A stretch of DNA of 64,000 nucleotides. Origin: Lachnoclostridium phytofermentans ISDg (lineage in GTDB: Bacteria; Bacillota; Clostridia; Lachnospirales; Lachnospiraceae). Shown in pieces: positions 9,243 to 20,069 of this stretch. Numbering within the stretch: the first letter of the stretch is position 1; the number at the start of each line of letters is the position of its first letter. Below the pieces are notes generated by a model. It ran no database searches. It was given only the letters and a program-made list of their open reading frames with translations, and was not told the DNA's origin. Where the stretch lies: NCBI RefSeq assembly GCF_000018685.1, contig NC_010001.1, positions 2,466,258 to 2,530,257 on the forward strand, given 5' to 3'. The translations under genes and the position numbers were made by a program.

Positions 9243-10694
9243 ATGTTAGATAATAAATTTACACAATACAAACTTTGTGAGGAGATTATTCAAGCATTAT
9301 CTATGCTTCATTATATAGAACCAACTCCAATTCAAGAAAAAGTTATACCGCTCGCTTTAGAAGGAAAAGACATTATAGCAAAATCAAAAACAGGAAGTGG
9401 TAAGACAGCAGCTTTTGCCATACCAATCTGTGAATCAATCGTCTGGGAGGAGAATTTACCTCAAGCTCTTGTCTTGGAGCCAACTAGAGAATTAGCCTAC
9501 CAGGTTAAGGATGAAATCTTTAACGTTGGACGCATGAAAAGAGTCAAGGTTCCAGTAGTATTTGGAGGATTTCCATTTGACAAGCAAGCACTTACCCTAA
9601 AGCAAAAATCTCACATTGTTGTAGGAACACCGGGAAGAGTGTTGGATCATTGTGAGACTGGAACGTTAAAATGCAGCAATGTGAAATATGTTATCATCGA
9701 TGAAGCTGACCTTATGCTTGATATGGGATTCCTAGATGATGTTAAGCGAATACTTTCCTATTTACCAGAAAATATAACGATAATGCTATTTTCTGCAACC
9801 ATGGGGGAAGCTTTATATGCATTGACTGATGAGTTTATGAATTCTCCGGTGGAAGTGAAGTTAGAAGATGGTACAGAGACCGTGGATAGTATTGAACAGT
9901 TAGGCTGTTTTGTAACAGAAGAGGATAAGTATGAATTATTCCTTCGTATGCTATATAAAAATAACCCAACGAACGCGATGATCTTTTGTGGTACCAGGGA
10001 AATGGTAGAGGTTTTATATTATAAACTTAAGAAAGAAAAAGTTTGGTGTGGTATGCTGCATGGGCTTATTGATCAAAAACAACGAATTCATACGATTGAT
10101 GATTTCCGAACAGGTGGATTTCGTTATCTGATTGCTACGGATGTGGCAGCTAGGGGTGTTGATTTCGATGATATAACACACGTCATTAATTATGACTTAC
10201 CTATGTCAAAAGAAACCTATGTTCATAGAATTGGACGAACTGGACGAAATGGAAAGAGTGGTAAGGCAATTAGTTTCATTCGTGAGGAAGAGAAGAAGAT
10301 GCTTTCGTTAATTGAAAAGTTTACTGGAACTCCAATCGAAATCGTTACGCCTCCGTCAGAGGAAGAAGTTAGAGAGTTTTTATATAAAGAAAAATTTAAC
10401 GAAGCTCAGCAAAAGAAACAAGAACGAAAAAAGAAAAAAGGTGATGTCTTTCAAAAAGATATCATGAAACTGACAATCAGCGGTGGTAGAAAATCAAAGC
10501 TTAGGACATGCGAGGTTGTCGGTACTATCAGTGGTATTGAAGGTGTGAATGGAAAAGAAGATATTGGTGTGATTGATATACGAGATAGTATTACCTATGT
10601 AGAAATTCTAAATGGGAAAGGGAATTTAGTCCTAAATGAACTTCCAAAGCGTACGATGAAGGGAAAATGTCGAAAAGTTAGTATAAGCAACTAA
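9243..10694 (+). CDS. dbpA: DEAD-box RNA helicase, DbpA/YxiN type, with C-terminal DbpA RNA-binding domain
   Basis: Helicase motifs (KSKTGSGKT, PTRELA, DEAD, SAT, HRIGRTGR). C-terminal ...ITYVEILNGKG... matches the YxiN/DbpA 23S rRNA hairpin-92 binding domain. Confidence 0.85.
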   Translation: MLDNKFTQYKLCEEIIQALSMLHYIEPTPIQEKVIPLALEGKDIIAKSKTGSGKTAAFAIPICESIVWEENLPQALVLEPTRELAYQVKDEIFNVGRMKRVKVPVVFGGFPFDKQALTLKQKSHIVVGTPGRVLDHCETGTLKCSNVKYVIIDEADLMLDMGFLDDVKRILSYLPENITIMLFSATMGEALYALTDEFMNSPVEVKLEDGTETVDSIEQLGCFVTEEDKYELFLRMLYKNNPTNAMIFCGTREMVEVLYYKLKKEKVWCGMLHGLIDQKQRIHTIDDFRTGGFRYLIATDVAARGVDFDDITHVINYDLPMSKETYVHRIGRTGRNGKSGKAISFIREEEKKMLSLIEKFTGTPIEIVTPPSEEEVREFLYKEKFNEAQQKKQERKKKKGDVFQKDIMKLTISGGRKSKLRTCEVVGTISGIEGVNGKEDIGVIDIRDSITYVEILNGKGNLVLNELPKRTMKGKCRKVSISN

Positions 10695-11178
10695 GATACG
10701 ATAAATAACACGCTTCGAGAACTTTTCTTTGTTTAGAATAAGCGTCTGTGTAATGTTTTAACCTTTGTTTCATACAAAGAAAATAATCTATAAAAAATAT
10801 CAACTTTATGTTATCCTATAAGTGCAGCTCCTTTCTGAGGTATGGTTATTGTGTTTTTAACTCAATTTTACTACAAATCAGTTAGGAGTTTTCTTTTTTC
10901 GTACGATATAATTAAAGGTTCAAAGGGGAATCAGAAGAAGAAATTAATAAGAGAGAAGTAGATACTTTTATAAGCAAATGGGATTAGTGAAACAAAATCG
11001 TGATACTTACTTTAAGCAGTAGCTATTAACAATGAAACAAAAATGATTGCAATGAAACAGAGGGGATAAACAAAGAAAAAAAATTTTTATACTTTCAAAG
11101 AGGCAGAGGGGACAAATAATGAATTCAAGGGGTTACTTACCAATTAACACGGAGTAGGATTTTTGAAAGGAGAAGAAG

Positions 11179-12768
11179 ATGTATCGGGTTTTACTTGTGG
11201 ATGATGAAGATTTAGCAAGAGAGTCAATTAGCCGTTGCATCAAGTGGTCTGATTTAGGACTATCATTGGTTGGAACATGTAAAAACGGTAAGGAAGCCAT
11301 TCTGTTTGTCACGGAACATGAAGTGGATATTGTTCTGACTGATATCTGTATGCCATATGTAGATGGGATGGAATTAAGCAAATTCTTGTATGAGAATCAC
11401 AAAGACATAAAGATTGTAATATTTAGTGGTTATCATGAATTTGATTATGCAAAACAAGCAATGAAGTATAAAGTAATCGAGTATTTATTAAAGCCCGTTA
11501 CAGCGCAGGAGCTAAGTGATGTTTTGATAAATCTTACCAATGAATTAAATAAGAATCAGAAAGAACAACAAGAAATAACAATAATGAAACAAGAATACAA
11601 TAAAAGTTTAACTTTGGTGAAAGGACAAGTATTATCCGATTTGATGCTTGAAGGAAACCCTAACGAACAGTTAAAAAATGATTTACAACGATTACAAATA
11701 CATATCGAAGACTCTAATTTACGTGTCGCATCTTTTATGGTGACATCATTTGATAGTGATGAACCAAAACAAAGTGCTTTAATATTAATTACCATAGTAA
11801 AAATAATTGAAACAACGATTAAAGATTACGAAGACTGTATCGTTTTTCAAGGAATGGATAATGGTATATACCTAATCTTTCACACGTCACAAAAAAGAAA
11901 TCTTGAGGATAAAATTCACTTAATTCTAAATGATATCAAAAAAAATATTGAAGCAGCTATGTCTTTTCATATTCAGGTTGGAATGGGTAGATGGGTGCAT
12001 GGTATTCAAAACCTCTCAATCTCATTTGAAGAAGCAAAACGAGCTCTTTCCTATCGCTATTTAGATCACAATACTTATCTTTGGGATATAGATATGATTA
12101 AAATGGTGGATAAGGTAGGCATTTATGATCATCTTGAAGCTTTTCAGACTGCGATAAGAGGTAACGATAAAGAAGAAATCAAAAAATTACTGGGGCAATT
12201 GCAAAAAGAATTTTACATAGGTTATCTTGATAAAAACAGAATTTTGCTTTATTTACAAAGGATTATCTTGTTAACACGTAAGTTATTAGAAGAAGCAGAT
12301 ATGGAGAATAATAGTCAGATACCAAAGGAGCACGACATATTAGAGCAAATAAGTAAAGCACCTTACTTAGAGCAGGCAATGAAACTGTTACAAAACTATT
12401 TGAATGAAATAGCGTGCCAGCTAAGTATAGGGAAGGAAAGTAACAGCGAAAAATTAGTTGCACAAGCGAAGGCTTATTTGAACAAAAATTTTAACAACCC
12501 TGATTTAAGTTTATCTATTCTTTGTCAAGAACTATTAATCAGCCCATCGTATTTCAGCTCGATTTATAAAGCATCAACCGGAGAGACTTTTTTAGAGACC
12601 TTAAATCAAATACGCTTAGAGCAGGCAAAGCTATTGTTACGAAATACAAACCTTAGGAATTATGAAGTTGCGTTAAAGGTAGGATTTAGTGATCCTCATT
12701 ACTTTAACATCGCTTTTAAAAAAGCAACGAAAATGACTCCAAAAGAGTTTGTTAAGAGAAATGATTGA
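11179..12768 (+). CDS. Two-component response regulator with AraC-type HTH output (YesN-like)
   Basis: N-terminal receiver (VLLVDDE...DICMP) and C-terminal AraC HTH. Strong RBS aaaggagaag. Confidence 0.85.
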   Translation: MYRVLLVDDEDLARESISRCIKWSDLGLSLVGTCKNGKEAILFVTEHEVDIVLTDICMPYVDGMELSKFLYENHKDIKIVIFSGYHEFDYAKQAMKYKVIEYLLKPVTAQELSDVLINLTNELNKNQKEQQEITIMKQEYNKSLTLVKGQVLSDLMLEGNPNEQLKNDLQRLQIHIEDSNLRVASFMVTSFDSDEPKQSALILITIVKIIETTIKDYEDCIVFQGMDNGIYLIFHTSQKRNLEDKIHLILNDIKKNIEAAMSFHIQVGMGRWVHGIQNLSISFEEAKRALSYRYLDHNTYLWDIDMIKMVDKVGIYDHLEAFQTAIRGNDKEEIKKLLGQLQKEFYIGYLDKNRILLYLQRIILLTRKLLEEADMENNSQIPKEHDILEQISKAPYLEQAMKLLQNYLNEIACQLSIGKESNSEKLVAQAKAYLNKNFNNPDLSLSILCQELLISPSYFSSIYKASTGETFLETLNQIRLEQAKLLLRNTNLRNYEVALKVGFSDPHYFNIAFKKATKMTPKEFVKRND

Positions 12769-12778
12769 GGGTTAAACG

Positions 12779-14536
12779 ATGAATTTTTCATTTAAAACTA
12801 TACGTTCAAAGATTTTAGTCTCATTTCTTATATTGATCATTCCAATGATTATGATAGCGGCTAGGATATCAATGACTTATACAGAAAACTCCGTTGTTAC
12901 GAATTCAATGGAATATACATCAGAACTCATTAATCAAATGAACTCGGATGTTGATTCTTATATAGGTTACATGGAAAATATCTCTCAATTGGCATTGCTG
13001 GATTCCGATGTACATACTTTTTTAAATAGTGATTACGAGGAACTAGATAGTAGGCAGTTTGCAAAAGAGCGTGTAATGAATCAATTTGGAACAATTCTAG
13101 ATTTAAGAAGTGATATAACAAATCTCGCAATTATTGGGACCAATGGCAGGTACATATTAAATCGAGGGGAGGATGAGATTAATCCCTACCTAGATGTAAA
13201 ACAAAAAGAATGGTATAAAAAAGCAATCGCAGGTAATGGAAAGATTTATATATCCTCCTCTCATGTACAAAATATTGTCAATGGAAAATACCAATGGGTT
13301 GTTAGTTTAAGTAGAGCAATCAAAGACAAAGAAAGTGATGAAATGATCGGAGCTCTATTGGTTGATTTAAATTACAATGTTATTAATAATCTTTGCAAAA
13401 AAATTAATCTAGGTTATAAAGGTTATATCTTTTTGCTTGATGAAGAGGGTAATATTATTTATCATCCGAAACAACAACTAATCTATAATGGACTGATCAA
13501 TGAAAAAACTTTAGAAGTAAAGGAATGTAAGGAAAGCTATTTCTTAACGGAGGGAACAGATAGAAAACTTTATGTGATTTCTAGGTCAGAGAAAACTGGA
13601 TGGACAGCGGTTGGAGTTGCCAATGTATCAGAATTATTTTTGCAAAGAGAACAGACCCAGAGACTTTATCTCATCAGTACGGTGGCTATCCTTCTTATCG
13701 CTATGTTACTGTCTATATTGATTTCAAGAGCGATAACCAAACCAATAAAGAAATTAAGAGATTCGATGAAGGAAGTGGAAAAGGGAAATTTCCATGAGAA
13801 GGTAGAAACCTCTGGTAGTGATGAAATCGCAAACTTAGGTAAGTCGTATAACATTATGATTCAGACCGTTGATGAATTGATGGAAGCGAGGGTAAAAGAT
13901 CAAGAGCAGAAAAGAAAAAGCGAACTTCGTGCTTTGCAGGCTCAGATAAATCCGCATTTCTTATATAATACCTTGGACTCCATTGTTTGGATGGCGGAAG
14001 AAGGCAAGAATCAAGAAGTGGTAACGATGACAGCTTCTTTAGCAAAACTATTTCGTCAAAGTATCAGTAATGAAGCAGAAGAATTTACACTTAGGCAAGA
14101 AGTTGACTATGTAAGGAATTATCTTGTCATTCAAAAAATGCGTTATAAAGAACAACTAAATTATGACATTCAAGTTCCGGAATCTATTCTAAACTATTAT
14201 GTGATTAAATTAATTCTACAACCTTTAGTAGAAAACGCTTTATATCATGGTGTGAAGTATAAGGATGGGGTAGGAACAATCTTTGTTGATGGATATGAAA
14301 CGGAAAGTACGGTGGTTCTTCAGGTTATCGACGATGGAATTGGGATGGATGAAGAGGAATTATCACATCTATTTGAAAAAAGAAAGTCTACACATAAAAC
14401 TAGTCGCGTTGCGATACGGAATATCCATAATCGGATCCAGCTTCATTATGGTAAAGAGTTTGGTCTTAGTTTTGAGAGTAAAAAAGGCTACGGAACAAAA
14501 GTAATGATTACCCTTCCAAAAAAAATGGGTCTATAA
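12779..14536 (+). CDS. Sensor histidine kinase (YesM-like, His_kinase + HATPase_c) with extracytoplasmic sensor domain
   Basis: Two TM segments flank a ~250-aa extracellular domain. HAMP region, then His_kinase motif NPHFLYNTLDSI and an ATPase domain. Confidence 0.85.
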   Translation: MNFSFKTIRSKILVSFLILIIPMIMIAARISMTYTENSVVTNSMEYTSELINQMNSDVDSYIGYMENISQLALLDSDVHTFLNSDYEELDSRQFAKERVMNQFGTILDLRSDITNLAIIGTNGRYILNRGEDEINPYLDVKQKEWYKKAIAGNGKIYISSSHVQNIVNGKYQWVVSLSRAIKDKESDEMIGALLVDLNYNVINNLCKKINLGYKGYIFLLDEEGNIIYHPKQQLIYNGLINEKTLEVKECKESYFLTEGTDRKLYVISRSEKTGWTAVGVANVSELFLQREQTQRLYLISTVAILLIAMLLSILISRAITKPIKKLRDSMKEVEKGNFHEKVETSGSDEIANLGKSYNIMIQTVDELMEARVKDQEQKRKSELRALQAQINPHFLYNTLDSIVWMAEEGKNQEVVTMTASLAKLFRQSISNEAEEFTLRQEVDYVRNYLVIQKMRYKEQLNYDIQVPESILNYYVIKLILQPLVENALYHGVKYKDGVGTIFVDGYETESTVVLQVIDDGIGMDEEELSHLFEKRKSTHKTSRVAIRNIHNRIQLHYGKEFGLSFESKKGYGTKVMITLPKKMGL

Positions 14537-14563
14537 AAGAAAAGCTCAGGATTGGAGGTTAAA

Positions 14564-15541
14564 GTGAAACATAAGAAGATATTTTTAATCAGTGCTAGTA
14601 TGTTATTAACGTTAAGTCTTGCGTTCTTTATATACATAAGGACTTTAGAAAAGCCGAAACAATACTATATGATTTGCATTCCTAAAGTTTTAGATGATTC
14701 CAGTGATTTCTGGAGTGTCTTAGTGGAAGGCGCACAGATGGCAGCGAAAGAATATGAGATAAAATTAGAGTTTATGGCCCCTGAAAAAGAGGAAGACTAT
14801 CTGGTACAGAATGAACTTATTGAAGAGGCGATTAAGAGAAAACCTGATGTAATATTATTGGCAGCAGCAGATTACGAAAAAACTTACGATGCTGCAAAAG
14901 AAATAAAGGATGCAGGGATTAAGCTTATTGTAATAGATTCTGGTATGAAACAAGATATTGCAGATATTACTGTCGCCACAGATAATATACAAGCAGGAAT
15001 AAGAATAGGTGCAGTTACTAAAAATTTGGTTCGAAAGAGTGGTAAAATAGGAGTCATTAGCTTTGTGAAAAATTCGAAGACAGCAATGGATCGTGAAGAA
15101 GGACTTAAAATCGGACTGAGTGATGATAGCAATAAAATAGAAGCTATTTACTATTGTGATTCTAATTATGACAAAGCGTATGATGGTACCGTAGAACTGC
15201 TAACTAAGTATCCAGACATTAGCGTTATGGTTGGACTTAATCAATATTCAGCGACAGGAGCAGCAAGAGCAATAAAAGATATGTCATTGGAAGCAAAAGT
15301 TAAGTTAGTGTGTATTGATAGTTCAATGGAACAAATTCAATATTTAGAAGAAGGTATCTTTGAAGCAATGGTAGTACAGAAGCCATTTAATATTGGATAT
15401 CTAGGTGTTGAAAAAGCGCTAAAGCTTCTAAAAAAAGAATATGTTCCAAAGCAATTAGATTCTGGCTGTGCTCTAATTACGAAAGATAATATGTTTATTG
15501 GAATGAATCAAAAGTTAATATTTCCATTTAAAGAAGAATAA
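14564..15541 (+). CDS. Membrane-anchored periplasmic sugar-binding-domain protein (sensor SBP of the three-component system)
   Basis: Single N-terminal TM helix with no lipobox. Peripla_BP (ribose/xylose SBP-like) fold motifs. Lies immediately after HK and RR. Likely GTG start after ggagg. Confidence 0.7.
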   Translation: MKHKKIFLISASMLLTLSLAFFIYIRTLEKPKQYYMICIPKVLDDSSDFWSVLVEGAQMAAKEYEIKLEFMAPEKEEDYLVQNELIEEAIKRKPDVILLAAADYEKTYDAAKEIKDAGIKLIVIDSGMKQDIADITVATDNIQAGIRIGAVTKNLVRKSGKIGVISFVKNSKTAMDREEGLKIGLSDDSNKIEAIYYCDSNYDKAYDGTVELLTKYPDISVMVGLNQYSATGAARAIKDMSLEAKVKLVCIDSSMEQIQYLEEGIFEAMVVQKPFNIGYLGVEKALKLLKKEYVPKQLDSGCALITKDNMFIGMNQKLIFPFKEE

Positions 15542-15679
15542 TTGAATCCTATAGAAAAGGTTAAAAGGCTACTTCAAAAGTAGTTTTTTAACCTTTTTTC
15601 ATAGATTTATCTATTAAAATATACAAATAAATACACTATACTATAGAAAAGTTAGTAAATATTAACAACACAGGAAAGG

Positions 15680-17182
15680 GTGAAGACTTTGGATAACGTT
15701 ATTATTACCATGAAGGGTATTAATAAAGCCTTTTCAGGAGTACCAGCTTTAAAAGATGCAAGATTAGAAGTCTGTACCGGAGAAGTACATGCACTTATGG
15801 GTGAAAACGGTGCTGGAAAATCGACATTGATGAAGATTCTAACTGGAATTTATAGCAAAGACTCAGGGGCGATAATCTATGAAGGGAAAGAAATAGAATT
15901 TAAAAATCCACGAGAAGCAAAAGATGCAGGTATTACAATTGTTCACCAAGAATTGAACATGATGAATCATTTGACCGTTGCTCAAAACCTATTCATTGGC
16001 AGAGAGGATATGAAAGGTTCTTTTATCAACGACAATAAAATGAATGAGAAAGCACTTGCATTGTTTGATAAATTAAATATTTCGATTAATCCCAAAGAAA
16101 TTATGGGTAACCTAACGGTTGGAAAACAGCAGATGGTTGAAATTGCAAAAGCAATATCAACAGACGCTAAAGTCATTGTTTTTGATGAACCAACCGCTGC
16201 TTTAACGGAAGTAGAAATCAATGAATTATTTAAAGTGATTAGAGACTTAAAGAAAAAAGGAATTGCGATCATCTACATATCTCATCGTATGGATGAAATT
16301 AAAGAAATCACAGACCGCGTGACAATTATGCGTGATGGAGAATATGTTGGAACCTTAATTTCTAATGAATGTTGTAAATCAGACATAATTAATATGATGG
16401 TTGGACGTGTTATTTATGAAGATCCAAAACAGTTTAGTAATGTAGAAGAGAATGCCGAGGTTATTCTATCTGTGAAGCATTTGAATGCAGGTAAAATGGT
16501 GAAAGACGTTAGTTTTGATTTAAGAAAAGGAGAGATTCTTGGTATCTCAGGACTTATGGGTGCTGGAAGAACAGAGCTTGCAAGAGCAATCTTTGGAGCA
16601 GATAAGATTGATAGCGGTGAAATCTTTATCAGAGGTGAAAAAGTTACGATAAAGTCTCCTATGGATGCCGTAAAATATGGGATTGGTTACCTTTCTGAAG
16701 ATAGAAAACGATACGGAATTATCGTGGAAAAGTCAGTTGCGGATAATACTGTGTTGGCTACCTTAGAGCATTATACAAAAGGAATTTTCTTAAAGAATAG
16801 GAAAATCCGAGAAGACTCTGAAAAATATATTAAACTACTAAATACAAAAGCTCCATCGGTGGAAGCCTATGTTAAGAATCTTTCTGGAGGAAATCAACAA
16901 AAGGTTGTTATTGCAAAATGGCTGATTAGAAACAGCGATATCATTATCTTTGATGAACCAACAAGAGGAATTGATGTTGGTGCGAAAAGTGAGATTTACT
17001 CCTTGATGAATGAGTTGATTAAAGAAGGAAAATCGATAATTATGATATCTTCAGAGCTTACTGAAATTCTTCGTATGAGTGATCGTATTGTTGTGATGTG
17101 TGAAGGTAATAAAACAGGTGAGCTATCCATTGAAGAAGCAAGTCAGGAAAATATCATGCAATATGCAACGCTTAGGGATTAA
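15680..17182 (+). CDS. Sugar ABC transporter ATP-binding protein (CUT2, RbsA/MglA-like, two ABC domains)
   Basis: Two Walker A/B plus signature sets (GENGAGKST...LSGGNQQKV). The start could be the GTG at 15680 or the TTG at 15689. Confidence 0.85.
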   Translation: MKTLDNVIITMKGINKAFSGVPALKDARLEVCTGEVHALMGENGAGKSTLMKILTGIYSKDSGAIIYEGKEIEFKNPREAKDAGITIVHQELNMMNHLTVAQNLFIGREDMKGSFINDNKMNEKALALFDKLNISINPKEIMGNLTVGKQQMVEIAKAISTDAKVIVFDEPTAALTEVEINELFKVIRDLKKKGIAIIYISHRMDEIKEITDRVTIMRDGEYVGTLISNECCKSDIINMMVGRVIYEDPKQFSNVEENAEVILSVKHLNAGKMVKDVSFDLRKGEILGISGLMGAGRTELARAIFGADKIDSGEIFIRGEKVTIKSPMDAVKYGIGYLSEDRKRYGIIVEKSVADNTVLATLEHYTKGIFLKNRKIREDSEKYIKLLNTKAPSVEAYVKNLSGGNQQKVVIAKWLIRNSDIIIFDEPTRGIDVGAKSEIYSLMNELIKEGKSIIMISSELTEILRMSDRIVVMCEGNKTGELSIEEASQENIMQYATLRD

Positions 17183-17196
17183 TTGGAGGGAAAGAA

Positions 17197-18183
17197 ATGA
17201 ATAAATTAGTTAACAAAATAAAGTCAATCGGAACACAGAAGGTTGCAGCGCTACTAGCATTAATCGTAATTTATCTATTTTTCTTTCTGATGAGTCCGGC
17301 ATTTCGTTCCATGAGTACATTAGTCAGCATCTTTGACTCCTCTTATTATATAGGATTTATGGCAATTGGTGTGACTTTTGTTATTGTAACTGGTGGAATT
17401 GATTTGTCTATAGGTACAGTATTAATATGTTCTGCACTTACTGGAGGGGTACTTTATGAAAAAGGAGTTCCTTTATGGCTGTGTCTCATCATTATCGTTT
17501 TATGCGGTACATTCTTTGGATTATGTAATGGAATTATGGTTGCCATTATGAAACTTCCTGCATTTATAGCAACACTTGGAACCATGATGGTGACAAGAGG
17601 GTTAGGTTCTATTATAACAAAGACTAAGAGTATAACATTCCCACTTAGAACCTCTAACGATGGTTGGTATAAATCAATTTTTCGTACCGGATCCACAGAG
17701 CATTTTCCTTCTGGATTTCCAACAGGTATAATCTTATTACTGTTATTCATGATCGCAATGACTATTATCTTAACAAAAACAAAGCCAGGAAGATACATAT
17801 TATCATTAGGAAGTAACAAGGAAGCAACAAGACTATCTGGTGTTAACATCGTGAAATGGGAGATTTTAGCTTACGTCATAAGTGGTACCTTTGCTGGAAT
17901 TGCAGGAATTGCATATGCAGCAATCAACTCTACCTTAATGCCTGGAACAGGTAATGGTTTTGAGCTTGAAGCAATTGCAGGTGTTGTAATTGGTGGTACT
18001 TCTTTGGCAGGTGGAGTTGGTACTGTAATTGGTACAATCATCGGTGTATTCATTATGTGCGTATTGAAAACAGGACTTCCATTCATCGATTTACAACCAC
18101 ATTATCAATTATTGATAACCGGTATTGTATTAATTATTGCTGTTTACTTAGATGTTAGAAATCGTAAAAGAAAATCTAGTTAA
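17197..18183 (+). CDS. Sugar ABC transporter permease (RbsC/MglC-like)
   Basis: About 10 TM segments, BPD_transp_2-like. RBS ggaggg. Confidence 0.8.
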   Translation: MNKLVNKIKSIGTQKVAALLALIVIYLFFFLMSPAFRSMSTLVSIFDSSYYIGFMAIGVTFVIVTGGIDLSIGTVLICSALTGGVLYEKGVPLWLCLIIIVLCGTFFGLCNGIMVAIMKLPAFIATLGTMMVTRGLGSIITKTKSITFPLRTSNDGWYKSIFRTGSTEHFPSGFPTGIILLLLFMIAMTIILTKTKPGRYILSLGSNKEATRLSGVNIVKWEILAYVISGTFAGIAGIAYAAINSTLMPGTGNGFELEAIAGVVIGGTSLAGGVGTVIGTIIGVFIMCVLKTGLPFIDLQPHYQLLITGIVLIIAVYLDVRNRKRKSS

Positions 18184-18330
18184 AGAATGAACGGAACACC
18201 GTAAAGAAAATTTGTTAAAGAATGAAAAGAAAACCGTAAAAATAAATCACATTAACTTATTATAGCATTTAACACTTAATTTCGTACGCTTTTAGTTTAC
18301 ATAAAAGCTATTAAAAAGGAGGATTTGTTT

Positions 18331-19401
18331 ATGAGAGCAAAAAAAGTTATCGCGATTTCCTTGACGGCAGTTATGATGTTAGGTCTACTGTCTGGGTGTA
18401 AGAAGGAGGATTCTAATGACAAAGCTACAAGCGGTTCCGGTAAAGAAATGACGGTTGAAATTGTAGCAAAAGGTTTCCAACATGACTTTTGGCAAGCAGT
18501 ATTAGCAGGAAGTAAGAAAGCAGAAAAAGAATTCAATGTTAAAACAAATTTCGTGGGTCCAGAGGGTGAAGGTGCAATTGCAACGCAAGTAGAACAGATT
18601 AACAATGCAATTAATAAAAAACCTTCTGCAATATGTCTTGCAGCTCTTGATACAAATGCAGCTTTAGATGCACTTAGTCAAGCTAAGTCACAAGGTATTC
18701 CAATCATTGGTTTTGACTCTGGTGTACCAGGTGCACCAGAAGGTTCTGTAAAGGCAAATGCAGCAACAGATAATTATGCAGCTGGTGAATTAGCAGCTAC
18801 AAAAATGTACGAAGCAATTAAAGATAAGGTAACTAATCCATCCAATGTTGTTCGTATTGGTGTAGTGTCCCAAGAAGCTAACTCTGATTCCATCATCAAA
18901 CGTACATCAGGTTTTGTTGACAAGATGAGTTCTTTAATTGGTGAAAATAACTCCTGCGTAGAAGGTCATGATAAGTATAATCGTAAATCAGATGGTGCGA
19001 AAGTTATCATTGAAGTGCGTATTCCAGCAGAAGTTACTGATAACGCAGGTAAGACAGAAGCATTAACATTATTAAACAAAGAAGACTTAGTTGCTATTTA
19101 TGGATCTAATGAATTTGCAGCAAAATGTATTATTAACGCAAATGAAGGTTTAAATAAGCTTGGTGAAGGTAAAGTTATCGCAGTTGGTTTTGACTCTGGT
19201 GCACTTCAGATTGATGCTATTAAGAATAAGGTATTCTATGGTTCTGTTACACAAGATCCAGTTTCCATTGGATATAATGCAGTACGTTTAGCTGTTGCAG
19301 CAGCAAAGGGTCAGAAAGTAGAAGATGTGGATACTGGTTGTCAGTGGTATAATTCAGAAAATTATAATTCAGCCGATATTGCACCTTGTTTATATCAGTA
19401 A
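18331..19401 (+). CDS. Sugar ABC transporter substrate-binding lipoprotein (Peripla_BP type)
   Basis: Lipobox LSGC. RBS aaggagg precedes the ATG at 18331. Ribose/galactose SBP-like sequence. Confidence 0.8.
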   Translation: MRAKKVIAISLTAVMMLGLLSGCKKEDSNDKATSGSGKEMTVEIVAKGFQHDFWQAVLAGSKKAEKEFNVKTNFVGPEGEGAIATQVEQINNAINKKPSAICLAALDTNAALDALSQAKSQGIPIIGFDSGVPGAPEGSVKANAATDNYAAGELAATKMYEAIKDKVTNPSNVVRIGVVSQEANSDSIIKRTSGFVDKMSSLIGENNSCVEGHDKYNRKSDGAKVIIEVRIPAEVTDNAGKTEALTLLNKEDLVAIYGSNEFAAKCIINANEGLNKLGEGKVIAVGFDSGALQIDAIKNKVFYGSVTQDPVSIGYNAVRLAVAAAKGQKVEDVDTGCQWYNSENYNSADIAPCLYQ

Positions 19402-19428
19402 TACCCTCTTTTAGAATAGAATTAATAC

Positions 19429-19465
19429 AAAAGGGAAGGTTCTTTAAAAGGAACCTTTCCTTTTG
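19429..19465 (+). terminator. Rho-independent terminator after the sugar transporter operon
   Basis: aaaagggaaggttcttt aaaag gaacctttccttttg, a perfect hairpin. Confidence 0.75.
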
Positions 19466-19699
19466 TATGTTGCAGATGCTTCGCTAAGTTTCTGACTATT
19501 TAAGTTGGGTTCTTTTTTAGGTGATGAGGTACGAAGTACATTGCAGCACCACCAACAAAGAAGCGCTCCTCGAATGCTTGAAAAAAAGGTTAGATAAAAA
19601 AATAGCAAATATTTAGAGAAAATTACTTCTAAAAATCCTGCTATCAAAGTGATTCTTGGTGACATTCTTTACATTTATTAAATCAATGTTTTCTAGACA

Positions 19700-19815
19700 A
19701 TATGAAGAAAAAAAACTGATGAAAGCGTGTCTTTTTCTATTGAAGAAGGTGAGTTTGTGGGGCTATCGGACCAAATGGAGCAGGGAAAACAACAATAAAG
19801 ATGCTATATCGATAA
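19700..19815 (+). pseudogene. Decayed remnant of an ABC transporter ATP-binding gene
   Basis: Frame encodes ...SFSIEEGEFVGLS then, after a 1-nt frameshift, GPNGAGKTTIKML (Walker A) and stops. Only about 35 codons survive. Confidence 0.6.
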
Positions 19816-20069
19816 TAATTCGGTAAGTATCATTGAAAAGATACGGCTCTGCAAGGTATAATTAAAATGAAAAGAGCTCTATAAATTGCCAATATAGGAA
19901 CTAACAGTAATAACAATCGTCTAATCTATTATAATGTATTCCTATATTAAAGAAAACTAATCGAAAGCAATCTTGCAAGACAGATTATATCTTACGAAAT
20001 AATATAATTTTAACAAAACAAAATATATTAAAAGTAAATCTTACGAAACAAAATGAAGGAGGGGGTTGT

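Noticed and set aside
19444-19665. 73-aa minus-strand ORF.
   Set aside because: It overlaps the operon terminator, has no RBS and its product is low-complexity. It is likely spurious.
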